Virus record (IMG/VR): IMGVR_UViG_3300031555_005897
Span: 12,039-76,038 of that record
Source of the DNA: a virus
Direction: 5' to 3' (one strand)
DNA length: 64,000 bases
A program made the translations under genes and the position numbers. The notes under the pieces were generated by a model, which saw nothing but the letters and a program-made list of their open reading frames with translations, was not told the origin of the DNA and did no database searches. Numbering within the stretch: the stretch's first letter is position 1; the number at the start of each line of letters is the position of its first letter. Below are positions 50,900-60,393 of the stretch, piece after piece.

Positions 50900-51013
50900 A
50901 ATTTATCTTCCCTCGGGCACATACCTACGCGCCCGAGGGCGCTTTTGTCGGCGAACCAACTACATTCGAACTTTCTTATGAGAATGCAAAAGATAGATGA
51001 AGGAACATCTCCT

Positions 51014-51148
51014 TCATCTATCTTCACTCAGCTTTTCACGTAGCAATTTCTGAGAACTCAAAAATCTCATCATTAGAAACATTCTCTGCAGGCCAGCAAG
51101 TTCTTCAGTAGTTCTCGTGTCCTGGGACATAATCTCATATGCATTCAT
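51014..51148 (-). CDS. Small hypothetical protein (44 aa, not in ORF track)
   Basis: RBS gaaaggag; MNAYEIMSQD...; stop lies in a terminator. Confidence 0.45.
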   Translation of the reverse strand: MNAYEIMSQDTRTTEELAGLQRMFLMMRFLSSQKLLREKLSEDR

Positions 51149-51260
51149 TACTATCAACTCCTTTCAAGAGTTAAATAATAGTCGCGTAGAACTCGGTAAA
51201 CCACGACACCAATTTAACTTAAATTTCTACGAGGACCATTAGCAAAGCGAGGTGTGATAG

Positions 51261-52025
51261 ATGGTACTCTTTAGAGATAAAAAGGTTACGTCTCCTCGAG
51301 TAGAACGTAATCGTCAAACCCTTAATATCACAATTGAAGAGGGACCCGAGCGTCCCAAATTTATGGATCGTACTGCGAGAGAACGCCGCAAGTTCATCGC
51401 TAAGGTTGAAAAGATCGTGCGTTCCTCCGATGAATATAAGGAATATATCAAGTACCTGAAGACTCATTTTGATATGAGTCATTGTGAAGTCTTTCCCAAT
51501 ATCATCAATGGCAATGGTAAGAAATATTCTATCGAGATTCACCATGAACCGTTCCAGCTCTCTTGGATCACCGACACCGTGATTCGAAAGCGCCAGGATC
51601 TTGGCGAAGATCTGAATCCTTTCCTCATTGCCGATGAGATTATGGAACTTCACTATCGTGGGTGGATTGGACTGATCCCTCTCTCCGTTACCGCTCATGA
51701 GCTGGTGCATTCCGATCGCATTGCGATCCCTCTCCAGTATATCTATCAGCGCTATGACAAGTTTGCCAACGAGTATGACATGTGGATCAGTGAATATGTT
51801 AAGGACATCATTAGACTGAAGGTTGAGCTCTCTATGAAGTGTAATAAGATTCAGTCTGATATCATTGGCGATCCCATGGTTACATATGTTGAAGTTGAAG
51901 GCTTTGACTACCCTTCCGTGCCTGAGGATTGGAAAAATGCTCTGGCCCGCCAGCGTCAGCTCGAAACTGGTGAACTTGAGAATGATAAAGGTGAAATTCC
52001 CGCAGTAGGCGGAATTAATCCTTAA
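51261..52025 (+). CDS. Protein with HNH-like (His-Me) motif
   Basis: IEIHHEP...LIPLSVTAHELVH; late motif at 51206-51217. Confidence 0.55.
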   Translation: MVLFRDKKVTSPRVERNRQTLNITIEEGPERPKFMDRTARERRKFIAKVEKIVRSSDEYKEYIKYLKTHFDMSHCEVFPNIINGNGKKYSIEIHHEPFQLSWITDTVIRKRQDLGEDLNPFLIADEIMELHYRGWIGLIPLSVTAHELVHSDRIAIPLQYIYQRYDKFANEYDMWISEYVKDIIRLKVELSMKCNKIQSDIIGDPMVTYVEVEGFDYPSVPEDWKNALARQRQLETGELENDKGEIPAVGGINP

Positions 52026-52048
52026 CTTATAAGAAAGGACAGACTGAA

Positions 52049-52582
52049 ATGGCTGGAATTTTTGAAACCATGCATAATACCGTTCGAAATATCGAACGTG
52101 GCTGTATTGAACCTGGTACCGACCTCAATACTATTGAGAAAACTGGTCTTTACATTGCAAAAGAATCCGATGCGCCATCTCCGGTTGCCGAATACGCATC
52201 TGTGGAAGCAATCAATGATGCGCTGAAGAAGCGTAAGGAACATGGCCAGAGTAACGACGATATCAATGACACATTCCACACATTTGGCGAGCTTTATCAT
52301 CATCGCGCCATTCTCTTCGCCACCATCGTCAATAATCCTATTCTGAAGGATCTGGCATGGAAGAGTAAGCAACATGATGATCCTGAGAATCCCATGTATG
52401 ATGGGATGTTCATCGTCGGTATCAACACACCCGAAGGCCAGGCAACCTATCATTATGATATCGAACCCTATTGGGATATGTTTGACGTCCAGGAGCTCGA
52501 AAGAGCACCCAAATACGATGGACATACTCCGGATGATGCAATCAAGAGAATTGCATCTCTGTGGAAGCTCTATGTAAGATGA
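52049..52582 (+). CDS. Conserved phage protein (WDGH-like domain)
   Basis: HTFGELYHHR...WKSKQH...QATYHY...APKYDGHT. Confidence 0.6.
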   Translation: MAGIFETMHNTVRNIERGCIEPGTDLNTIEKTGLYIAKESDAPSPVAEYASVEAINDALKKRKEHGQSNDDINDTFHTFGELYHHRAILFATIVNNPILKDLAWKSKQHDDPENPMYDGMFIVGINTPEGQATYHYDIEPYWDMFDVQELERAPKYDGHTPDDAIKRIASLWKLYVR

Positions 52583-52625
52583 CAAAAAAAGAAGCTCTCT
52601 ACCGAAAGGTAGAGAGCTTTTAAAT

Positions 52626-53603
52626 TCAGGATTTGCGAAGATGGAAGAATTTTTTTGCACGATCGAATGCAGCCATACCAGCGGTGGCACCATCAGCGAT
52701 CGCAGTTGCAACCTGGCGCAAAGACTTATAGCGGCAATCACCAGCTACATAGATACCGTCAATCTTGGTACATGTATCATCAGATACGGCAAAGTATCCA
52801 TCATCGGTTGTCGCAATCATTTCACGGAAGATTTCAGTATTGGGAACTTGACCAACCGCGACGAATACTCCATCAACTGTAATGGTGCCATCATTACGAC
52901 CGGGATTGACCTTGATCCCGTTATTATTCTGAAGAACTATGCTCAGGCGACTTTCATCGGGTACGATATTAAAAACGTTATATCCCATATGCTTAGTGAT
53001 ATTGGGATAATTATCCAATTGATCAACCTGAACCTTATCAGCTCTAAACGTATCTCTACGATGAATCAGATGGACTGTCTTACACTGTTGAGCCAATAGG
53101 ATTGCATCATGAATGGCAGTATTACCACCGCCGATCACAGCAACCTCTTTGTCAGTATACAGTGCACCATCACAAATTGCACAGTACGAGATGCCGTTAC
53201 CAACATACTTCGTTTCAGCAGGTAATCCAAGAGACTTGTGATGAGTGCCAGTTGCGATAATTACGGTACTTGCAGTGTAAACATTGAGATCGGTAACGAC
53301 GGTGAACTGCCTAATGCTTACCATATCCAGGAAGTACTCAGGAATCACCTTGAAGACCTCCTCATATACGATATTGGCGCCAGTATTTAGAACCTGAACT
53401 TCCATACGGTTTATCAGGTCGACACCGGAAATTTCTGCAAAGCCGGGATAATTTTCAACCTTGGTGGAATTGACGATATTACCACCAACGCATTCTTTCT
53501 CAATAATAAGCACGTTACAACCAGCTCTTGCAGCATACAATGCGGCAGACAATCCAGCAGGACCTCCACCAATTACGATTGTATCATACATCATGAGATT
53601 CAT
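52626..53603 (-). CDS. trxB: Thioredoxin reductase
   Basis: GGGPAG, VENYPG, SYCAICDG, GGGNTA, HRRD, GIYVAGD, RQVATA. Confidence 0.95.
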   Translation of the reverse strand: MNLMMYDTIVIGGGPAGLSAALYAARAGCNVLIIEKECVGGNIVNSTKVENYPGFAEISGVDLINRMEVQVLNTGANIVYEEVFKVIPEYFLDMVSIRQFTVVTDLNVYTASTVIIATGTHHKSLGLPAETKYVGNGISYCAICDGALYTDKEVAVIGGGNTAIHDAILLAQQCKTVHLIHRRDTFRADKVQVDQLDNYPNITKHMGYNVFNIVPDESRLSIVLQNNNGIKVNPGRNDGTITVDGVFVAVGQVPNTEIFREMIATTDDGYFAVSDDTCTKIDGIYVAGDCRYKSLRQVATAIADGATAGMAAFDRAKKFFHLRKS

Positions 53604-53667
53604 ACCTCCATAAAATGAAAATAAAAGGTAGTACTGGTAAGTTCCAGTACTACCTTAAATTTACTCG

Positions 53668-54189
53668 TTACCTACCGGTAGAGCCCATACCGCCGACGCG
53701 GACATCCGTCACCTGGTCGTCATATGTGATACCATAAGGGATAAAGATGCCCTGCGCGAAGGATTCACCGGCTGCCAGATACAAGGCCTTACCTTCCTTG
53801 GAATCGTTGGTAATCTTCAGGAAGATATGTCCCTCGTTCTTGGCGCCATAGTAATCACTATCAACGACGCCCATGGTATTATCCAGCTGGACACGATACT
53901 TGGTACCAAGGCCGCTGCGAGGGAGGCAGCCAAGCCACCAACCAGGATCGATATCCACACGGATACCGGTGGGGATCTTTGCGGATTCACCAGGATTGAG
54001 ATGGAGTTCATAGGGGGTCATGAAGTCATGACCAGCACTGCCGCCAGTTTTGCGGATAGGCAGCTTCAGCTGGTCATAGCACTCGCGGATGAAACCGGTA
54101 TCATAAACTCCGATATCGTTCATCGCTTCCGCGAACTGCTCAAAGGAAACGAACTCAAATCTCGCCACTCTTTCAGGTACATTCGACAT
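53668..54189 (-). CDS. dut: Trimeric dUTPase
   Basis: SAGHDF, PRSGLG, GVVDSDY, AQGIF, RVGGMGSTG. Confidence 0.95.
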   Translation of the reverse strand: MSNVPERVARFEFVSFEQFAEAMNDIGVYDTGFIRECYDQLKLPIRKTGGSAGHDFMTPYELHLNPGESAKIPTGIRVDIDPGWWLGCLPRSGLGTKYRVQLDNTMGVVDSDYYGAKNEGHIFLKITNDSKEGKALYLAAGESFAQGIFIPYGITYDDQVTDVRVGGMGSTGR

Positions 54190-54191
54190 AG

Positions 54192-54674
54192 TTAACTAAT
54201 CCTTTCTGCATATTGATTTTCAGATACGAGAGTAATTCCCAGCACCTCATCGTATCGTGATTTACTATCAGGAACGAATCGCCCAAACTTAATAACGATA
54301 TTAGGAAACTCAGAAAGTTTCTCAGCATCTCGCGCGATTTCATGCTTGTAATAGCCGGTGTAAATGACGACGTCATCATCACATCCATATTCTCGCAATT
54401 CCTTAATGAAATCATATACTTCATGGAACTGCTCGAACGGCTCCAAACCACCAAACACGATTGCATGAGTGATATCATTATCGATGTATCGAGCAATCAG
54501 ATCCTTGTTTTCCATGTGGATGGCGTTGCAGGAACGCCATCCATCATTTTGACATACGGAAAGAGGAATACCCGCTTCGGTACAGCACTTACCGCCACAA
54601 GAGATCGTGCCAATAAACATAGCAGCCTTCTTGTAATTGGTAAAGTCCTCTTCTACGAGCATTTTGATTCTCAT
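54192..54674 (-). CDS. nrdG: Anaerobic RNR activating enzyme (radical SAM)
   Basis: Cys cluster, GGLEP, IYTGY, KFGRF, SENQ; ATG overlaps the nrdD stop. Confidence 0.85.
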   Translation of the reverse strand: MRIKMLVEEDFTNYKKAAMFIGTISCGGKCCTEAGIPLSVCQNDGWRSCNAIHMENKDLIARYIDNDITHAIVFGGLEPFEQFHEVYDFIKELREYGCDDDVVIYTGYYKHEIARDAEKLSEFPNIVIKFGRFVPDSKSRYDEVLGITLVSENQYAERIS

Positions 54675-56587
54675 TCCTTCAACGCCTCCGCGTAATTGAA
54701 CCACTGCCGTGCACTGAACTCACGGAAACGATCCTTGGAGTATGCACGAGAGGGAACCAGGTAACCCACAATTCTCTGATAGGTATCAAAGACAGGTTCA
54801 CCGCAGACGGGGCAACGATCAGTACCAACGAATCCATGATGGTTCTTGCACTCGTTGATACGGGTATTGAATGCGAAATAGATAACGCCGCTCTGGGCAA
54901 TCTTATTCAGCATATCCCACGCCATATCCTCATTGGGGAAGTTACTCTCCAGATTGATATGAGCGATGGAACCGCCAGAACACTTCTCATCGAGGATAGC
55001 GCACAGGCGCAGCTTCTCATTGATAGTGCACTTCGCAGTCAGAGGAATCCACTGATTGGAGTAGATGAACTTATCGTTCAGTCCATACAGCTTGTTATCC
55101 TTCTGGCACAGGATGCATGCCGCGCGCTCGGCAGGAACGCTCTCAATATTGAAGCTGTAGTCGGCAGGGAAGTTGTCCTTCACTTCATTCAGGATAGCAA
55201 AAATCTCAGAAGCGAAATCTACACCCTGATCGGTATAGGAGATGTAGCCGAATTCATCGGTTTTGGTCAGGCCGAAATACTCGATGACTTCATACAGGCC
55301 CAGAATGCCCATGGTGCAATACTGCTTATCCATTTCAACGCCACCATCAATGTAGTTGGGAAGCAGACCCTTCTCAACGTTACGCTTGATAATATGACGG
55401 ACGATGTCCAGAGTCTTGCAGCACAGTTCCGCACGCTCTCTAAGGAGCATCAGGAACTTAGCAGGACGACGTTCGGACTCAATGGCGACACGCATCAGGT
55501 TGATGGTGTTAACCTTGACGGAACCGATAGACAGAGCGGTACCGCCGATAGAGTTGATAAAGGCATTCAGCTTAGAAGTGTCGGACAGCAAACGGCAGCA
55601 GTTGGACAGAGTATTGACATCACCGCTGATGAAGAAGTTGCTGTCATTCCACTGAACGTTATGATCGGAACACCAACGTGCAAACTCCTCATCGATGAAG
55701 TGACCATCACGATACAGCAGGGAATACGTGAGCACCGGGAACGTAAACATATTGACACTGCGGATTTCGGAGACGACTTCCATGAAGATCTTCTGATGTT
55801 CAATGATCTCCTCAACGTTATCGATTACGAAAGATCCATCAGGATACTGGACGCCGCCGAACAGTGCCTCGATATAGTTCCGGTCGAAAATGCTGACGTT
55901 GACAAAAGCAGTCTGATCGATACGCATAAAGGGCTGATTCAGGCGATAGATAAACTTCTGGAAATTCTGACGGATGTAATACTCAGGGTCCTTGATGATA
56001 TGACCGCTGGCACAATCCTTCTTCCAGAAGTAATAGGTCCAAATCAGAATATTGGGAATGCCGACAGCGCCAGAGCTGCGATTGCACATGTAACTGATGT
56101 ACTCGATGACATCATCCATGAACGTGGTAAGGTGAGCAGGAGGCTCGTTGTTATAGTTCTTCAGGAAGAAGAGGCCCTCGGTTGCCAGGCGGGTCAGATC
56201 ATATGCGTAGCAATACGGCAGGAAAGTACTGGTGGATGCATCATGCAGGTAGAAGCCGCCGTTATATTCGGTCTCCAACCACATACGGGCAGTATTCAGA
56301 CCATACTTCTTCTTCATTTCATAGAAGATCTTATTGAAAGCGAAGAGCTTATCGTGAGGCTTACCCTTCTCATTCAGCAGAGAACGGACGTCCTTATTGG
56401 ACGCATTAGCATTGGCATCGATAGTGATATCGGCCACCTTGGTATCGACAAAACCGTCGATAAAATCGGAGAAGTTCAGCTGGGACTCATGGAAACCATT
56501 CAGCAGCTCGAAGTCCTCACCATACTTGGACATGAGCATCTCCATGCTGGTCTCGAAATCCCTGGTCATTTTAATAGGAATATTCAT
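54671..56587 (-). CDS. nrdD: Class III anaerobic ribonucleotide reductase
   Basis: YLHD, PYC, FTFPV, NCCRL, ESVPAE, SGGSI, Zn site C..H...CPVC, glycyl-radical RIVGYL. Confidence 0.95.
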   Translation of the reverse strand: MNIPIKMTRDFETSMEMLMSKYGEDFELLNGFHESQLNFSDFIDGFVDTKVADITIDANANASNKDVRSLLNEKGKPHDKLFAFNKIFYEMKKKYGLNTARMWLETEYNGGFYLHDASTSTFLPYCYAYDLTRLATEGLFFLKNYNNEPPAHLTTFMDDVIEYISYMCNRSSGAVGIPNILIWTYYFWKKDCASGHIIKDPEYYIRQNFQKFIYRLNQPFMRIDQTAFVNVSIFDRNYIEALFGGVQYPDGSFVIDNVEEIIEHQKIFMEVVSEIRSVNMFTFPVLTYSLLYRDGHFIDEEFARWCSDHNVQWNDSNFFISGDVNTLSNCCRLLSDTSKLNAFINSIGGTALSIGSVKVNTINLMRVAIESERRPAKFLMLLRERAELCCKTLDIVRHIIKRNVEKGLLPNYIDGGVEMDKQYCTMGILGLYEVIEYFGLTKTDEFGYISYTDQGVDFASEIFAILNEVKDNFPADYSFNIESVPAERAACILCQKDNKLYGLNDKFIYSNQWIPLTAKCTINEKLRLCAILDEKCSGGSIAHINLESNFPNEDMAWDMLNKIAQSGVIYFAFNTRINECKNHHGFVGTDRCPVCGEPVFDTYQRIVGYLVPSRAYSKDRFREFSARQWFNYAEALKE

Positions 56588-56610
56588 TACACTAACTCTC
56601 CTCTTCTTAA

Positions 56611-56811
56611 TTATTGATGATTGATCCAGCTGTTAGCCTGGACAAAGGTCATCAGATCTCCGTTATCTACGCGGAGCATCGGGACCTGAGAAATGCCGAG
56701 GCTTTGCATCTCCTCGACATTATTAACTTCATTGAATTCAAGGCCTTTTGCCTTGAGCTTCGTCTTTAAGACGTTACATTTGGGACAACCCGTAGAATAC
56801 AAAGTGATCAT
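56611..56811 (-). CDS. Glutaredoxin-like redoxin (NrdH-like)
   Basis: CPKC and VP motifs; 66 aa; first gene of the nrd operon. Confidence 0.85.
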   Translation of the reverse strand: MITLYSTGCPKCNVLKTKLKAKGLEFNEVNNVEEMQSLGISQVPMLRVDNGDLMTFVQANSWINHQ

Positions 56812-57051
56812 AATTTGCCTCCTTAAGATTAAAAAATCGTTAGTCGAAAAATTGAAGTTGACTTTTCGAAAGTCACCGATAAAAATCGTGGTAAGAAATA
56901 ACTCAAAATGTTTGAAAATTTAGATAGAATTTCGCTAATATTTTACATCTTTAACTACCAAAAGTTAATCGGCAGTACGTGTTCCAAATACAGCTACTCC
57001 TACCTTGATCTAAAACTCCCATACCGAAATGGTATGGGAGTTTTAACTATA

Positions 57052-57573
57052 TTAATCCTTCTCTTTGAAGGTCCACCAGACGTATGTAGGTTTAGGTTCA
57101 TTAAATAGACGATAACGAATTTCATCATCGACGCGGATAGCCACATAACTCAATAAAAACCACGCCAATGTAAAGGGCAGACAGACCTGCCCCATGATGT
57201 TTAGAGGCATATTGCTGTAATCCCAGACATCCAAGCCAAGCCACACGTTAACGATAATGCCAGTAATAAATTCAATACACGTAATAGCGATGGCTCCGAT
57301 AATCATTTGCAGTAGTAGTCCGCATTGTCGTGGGAAGATACCCTCATTGAGAATACCAATGATGATCAGACAAAGACCACCCACGATGAACATGGACCAG
57401 TGACTGTAACCTCTGTAAAGCAACTCGATACACACATAAGTTGCTCCACCAATGAGAAAAATCACAAGATACTCCAGCATCTTGTAAAGGGCAAAGCGAA
57501 GCTTGGAAAGTTCGCAATCTTTACAATGGCACTCACGATGGTGCTGGAGCTGTTTTGCGGTGATATTAATCAT
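57052..57573 (-). CDS. Multi-pass membrane protein (putative ABC-transporter permease-like family)
   Basis: GG..Y..IE...RG.SHWSMF..GG; WDYS..PLN..GQVCL. Confidence 0.7.
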   Translation of the reverse strand: MINITAKQLQHHRECHCKDCELSKLRFALYKMLEYLVIFLIGGATYVCIELLYRGYSHWSMFIVGGLCLIIIGILNEGIFPRQCGLLLQMIIGAIAITCIEFITGIIVNVWLGLDVWDYSNMPLNIMGQVCLPFTLAWFLLSYVAIRVDDEIRYRLFNEPKPTYVWWTFKEKD

Positions 57574-57757
57574 GTGAGGATTTCCCTCCTTTCTATAAGT
57601 TACTTGAGCGTTGACATTTTCTATCGAGACAAATAGATAACCCTGGCGTCGATTGACCGAGTTTAAGTACCTTCACCCTCAATGAAGTGGAACGAATGAT
57701 GAATCAATCGGCATTCTATAGGCGTGCATGATGCACCCAAATTGAGGAGGAATCATT

Positions 57758-58117
57758 ATGAGTATTCAGGACATCATTTTCAAGTATCAGCGCAGTGAGG
57801 CTACTCTGGAGGAGACCAATGCGGCTCTGAAGGAAGCTGGCGCTAACTTCTCTCTTGATCCTAACCGTACCAAGCTGACTCCGGAGCAGATTGCTGCGAC
57901 CACTGTCGGCGAGACTCCCGCTGAAGCAAACGGCTTTGGTTTCCTGGATTCTGGTACCGGCCCTCTGGATCCCATTGAAATCGTGAACGGCAAGACCAAG
58001 TATCCTATCAATTCCGTTGATGAGGAAGGTATCTGCCATTCCATGGAATTCGTCCTGATCGGCGGCAAGCGTTATCGCGTAATCGTCGATACTCTGGTCG
58101 ACATCGTCGAGGAGTAA
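57758..58117 (+). CDS. Hypothetical protein
   Basis: RBS gaggagg; late motif at 57629-57640. Confidence 0.7.
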   Translation: MSIQDIIFKYQRSEATLEETNAALKEAGANFSLDPNRTKLTPEQIAATTVGETPAEANGFGFLDSGTGPLDPIEIVNGKTKYPINSVDEEGICHSMEFVLIGGKRYRVIVDTLVDIVEE

Positions 58118-58249
58118 TCCTCTTCATAATAAAGCTACTGGCTTTTTGCCAGTAGCTTTTTGACCATTTTTAATCCCTCCTACATAGAAAGTAAAAGTAA
58201 TACGGTTACAACCTTTACAAAACTTTGATTGAAAGGAGGGCCACAGATT

Positions 58250-58720
58250 ATGGGTCAGCCTATGGATAATACCAATCCTAAATATCAAATGCTGAAGGAG
58301 ATCTTTCCTGAAAAAGTAAAGCAGATCAACTTCGCTACGATCGATATGGATGTTACCATGTTAAGCGTAGCAGATATTTTACGCAACGTTGATCGGACAT
58401 TCCCGAAAAATACGTCTGCTCGCAATGCAATCGCCAATGGAACTATGGCAGTCGCTGTCATGTGCAAAACCGATCTGCTGAAGCCAATTGCTGGTCTGAT
58501 CATTGTTATCTGTGCCGACGGCGCAGATATTCAGATTAAATCTAAAGACTACATCGTGATGGGCGTTTCTGAATCCACGATCAATTCCGCCGATCACATC
58601 CGGGATATGCTCGATAAGCTCACCACTTATCTGATCAAGAACTACGGTACTGTGATTTCCAGTTTCGAGAAGTTCTATACCCTGTATATCTATGACGCAT
58701 ACGAAATGGAGGCAGACTAA
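58250..58720 (+). CDS. Hypothetical protein
   Basis: RBS aaggaggg. Confidence 0.7.
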   Translation: MGQPMDNTNPKYQMLKEIFPEKVKQINFATIDMDVTMLSVADILRNVDRTFPKNTSARNAIANGTMAVAVMCKTDLLKPIAGLIIVICADGADIQIKSKDYIVMGVSESTINSADHIRDMLDKLTTYLIKNYGTVISSFEKFYTLYIYDAYEMEAD

Positions 58721-58722
58721 GC

Positions 58723-59565
58723 ATGTCGATCACTACCGAAGTTCAGCTCTTTTCTTTATTTGCCAAAACCCCGGCAATGGTAGATAAAGTTCCCGGACAT
58801 ATTCGAACCCATTGTATGAATCTGAATCCCGAGCAGATTTGCTGCACTACAAATCAAGGCTTGAATCAGATTCTTTCTATTTTGAAGGGTGTAAACCCTC
58901 GAGCCATTACTATTGATCTCAACCACACTGATCGTGGAGTGAGTGAGTATTTTGGCGATTTCATTCAGATCATTGGTGCTGTTTGCATTCATGACTCTAA
59001 GAATGTATTGATGTTAGAGCTCACTCATGATGTGCCCATCGTCGATGGCTATGTGAAAGGCACTCTGACCTATCCTCAGGGACATATCCGATATGATCGA
59101 GACGTGTCTAAGATGATGGCGGAACCCAATAAAATTGCACTGAATGCATTATTTAAGAAGGTTCGTCAGGATGCTTTCCGCGAAGTCACCGAGGAGATCT
59201 TCATTGGTGTGCCCTCACTGAACCATGAATTCAGTACTCTGATGAAGCAGAAAATCGTGGAGCCAATCGATGCAACTTTGTATCCCATCTATATTAATCG
59301 TCCCGGTTCAACTGATCGCCACGTTTGCATCCTTTTTGACGTCGATCTGTCTGGAACCACATTTGATGGGAATCTGGAACTGATCGAAAGTAATGAGCCC
59401 ACAAAGCATACGGTTAAAGTAATGAACTACAAGGACATGATTGATTTGTATCGCGTCGATACTATCTGTCCTTGGGTCGCTAAGAGCTTCTCCATGCTTC
59501 CATTCTACCAAACGACCTTTATCGAAGATTACCTGGTGGAATCCAGACGCAAATCTGCCTTTTAA
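58723..59565 (+). CDS. NUDIX-like hydrolase
   Basis: PQGHI...AFREVTEEI resembles a Nudix box with an insertion. Confidence 0.55.
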   Translation: MSITTEVQLFSLFAKTPAMVDKVPGHIRTHCMNLNPEQICCTTNQGLNQILSILKGVNPRAITIDLNHTDRGVSEYFGDFIQIIGAVCIHDSKNVLMLELTHDVPIVDGYVKGTLTYPQGHIRYDRDVSKMMAEPNKIALNALFKKVRQDAFREVTEEIFIGVPSLNHEFSTLMKQKIVEPIDATLYPIYINRPGSTDRHVCILFDVDLSGTTFDGNLELIESNEPTKHTVKVMNYKDMIDLYRVDTICPWVAKSFSMLPFYQTTFIEDYLVESRRKSAF

Positions 59566-59616
59566 GATTACAAAAAAAGAGACTACCTCACGTGAGGTAG
59601 TCTCTGTTTCACCCCC

Positions 59617-60393
59617 TCAGATCAGAATCTGGAGGAGCGGAATGATGATGTTTTGGTAGTTATACGAGATATCGATGTCTTCTTCCATGTACTCAGGCAC
59701 TGCATCCATGTAAGTAAACCCATCGTCCGTAACGACCTTGAATGTTGCTTCTCTGGTAAACTCCCGATAATATTCGATATCGAGCATGCGTTCTTTGTAA
59801 AATGTGCAGAAATCCCGGACCCATTGATATACAGTTGGACGATGCATGTTACATCCTTCTGCAATTTCAACGAATTCTTCCAGAAAAGAAATCATACCAG
59901 GTTTCAATTTCTGTAAGGCATTCTCAGTATCTTTATCTTCTTGCACGAAGTTTTTGATATCAATCTGCCCATCTGCCCCAAAATAGAATTCCAACTTAGG
60001 GCCAATCTGCAGCGCTGCATGATACTGATTCTTTGGAACGAAATTGATGAATTCACCAATCTTTGTAACATTGATCGGCTTATTTACCACAAAGACTGCA
60101 TCACGTCGAATTGCCAAAATATCGACATCGCGGTCAAGTTCATTCGCGGCGATAAACATTTCCACAGCTTCATTGAATCCGGATTCCAGCTGCTTTGCAA
60201 ATTCTTTATTATTTCGCTGGAGTAGACCAACTTGGACATTACGCTGAGACTTCGGAAGACCATCAACATACGCTATAGTTTCAGGGTCGAGCAATTTGAA
60301 ATGCTTCATGATAGAGGTATTGCCGCTCTTGATATCATACTCCGTAATAAGAGAATTTACCAAAAAGGGCAATCCATCATTGATGATCATCAT
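59617..60393 (-). CDS. Hypothetical protein with polymerase-palm-like acidic motifs
   Basis: ITEYDIKSGN and ILAIRRDAVFV. Confidence 0.45.
   Translation of the reverse strand: MMIINDGLPFLVNSLITEYDIKSGNTSIMKHFKLLDPETIAYVDGLPKSQRNVQVGLLQRNNKEFAKQLESGFNEAVEMFIAANELDRDVDILAIRRDAVFVVNKPINVTKIGEFINFVPKNQYHAALQIGPKLEFYFGADGQIDIKNFVQEDKDTENALQKLKPGMISFLEEFVEIAEGCNMHRPTVYQWVRDFCTFYKERMLDIEYYREFTREATFKVVTDDGFTYMDAVPEYMEEDIDISYNYQNIIIPLLQILI

Noticed and set aside
54836..56617. Long antisense ORFs (this one and 12450-13787, 16632-17372, 24700-25653, 32441-33349)
   Set aside because: Shadow frames of codon-biased genes on the opposite strand; no RBS or recognisable motifs
2657..56811. Bacterial chromosome origin suggested by thyA, folD, groEL/ES, ppk1 and trxB
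   Set aside because: These genes are interleaved with split RNAP subunits, baseplate and fibre genes, and phage-type promoter motifs
194..59606. Recurrent aaagaagctac...gtagcttcttt-type hairpins as a MITE or CRISPR repeat
   Set aside because: They are isolated, sit at gene ends, have variable stems and A/T flanks, consistent with bidirectional terminators; no spacer array
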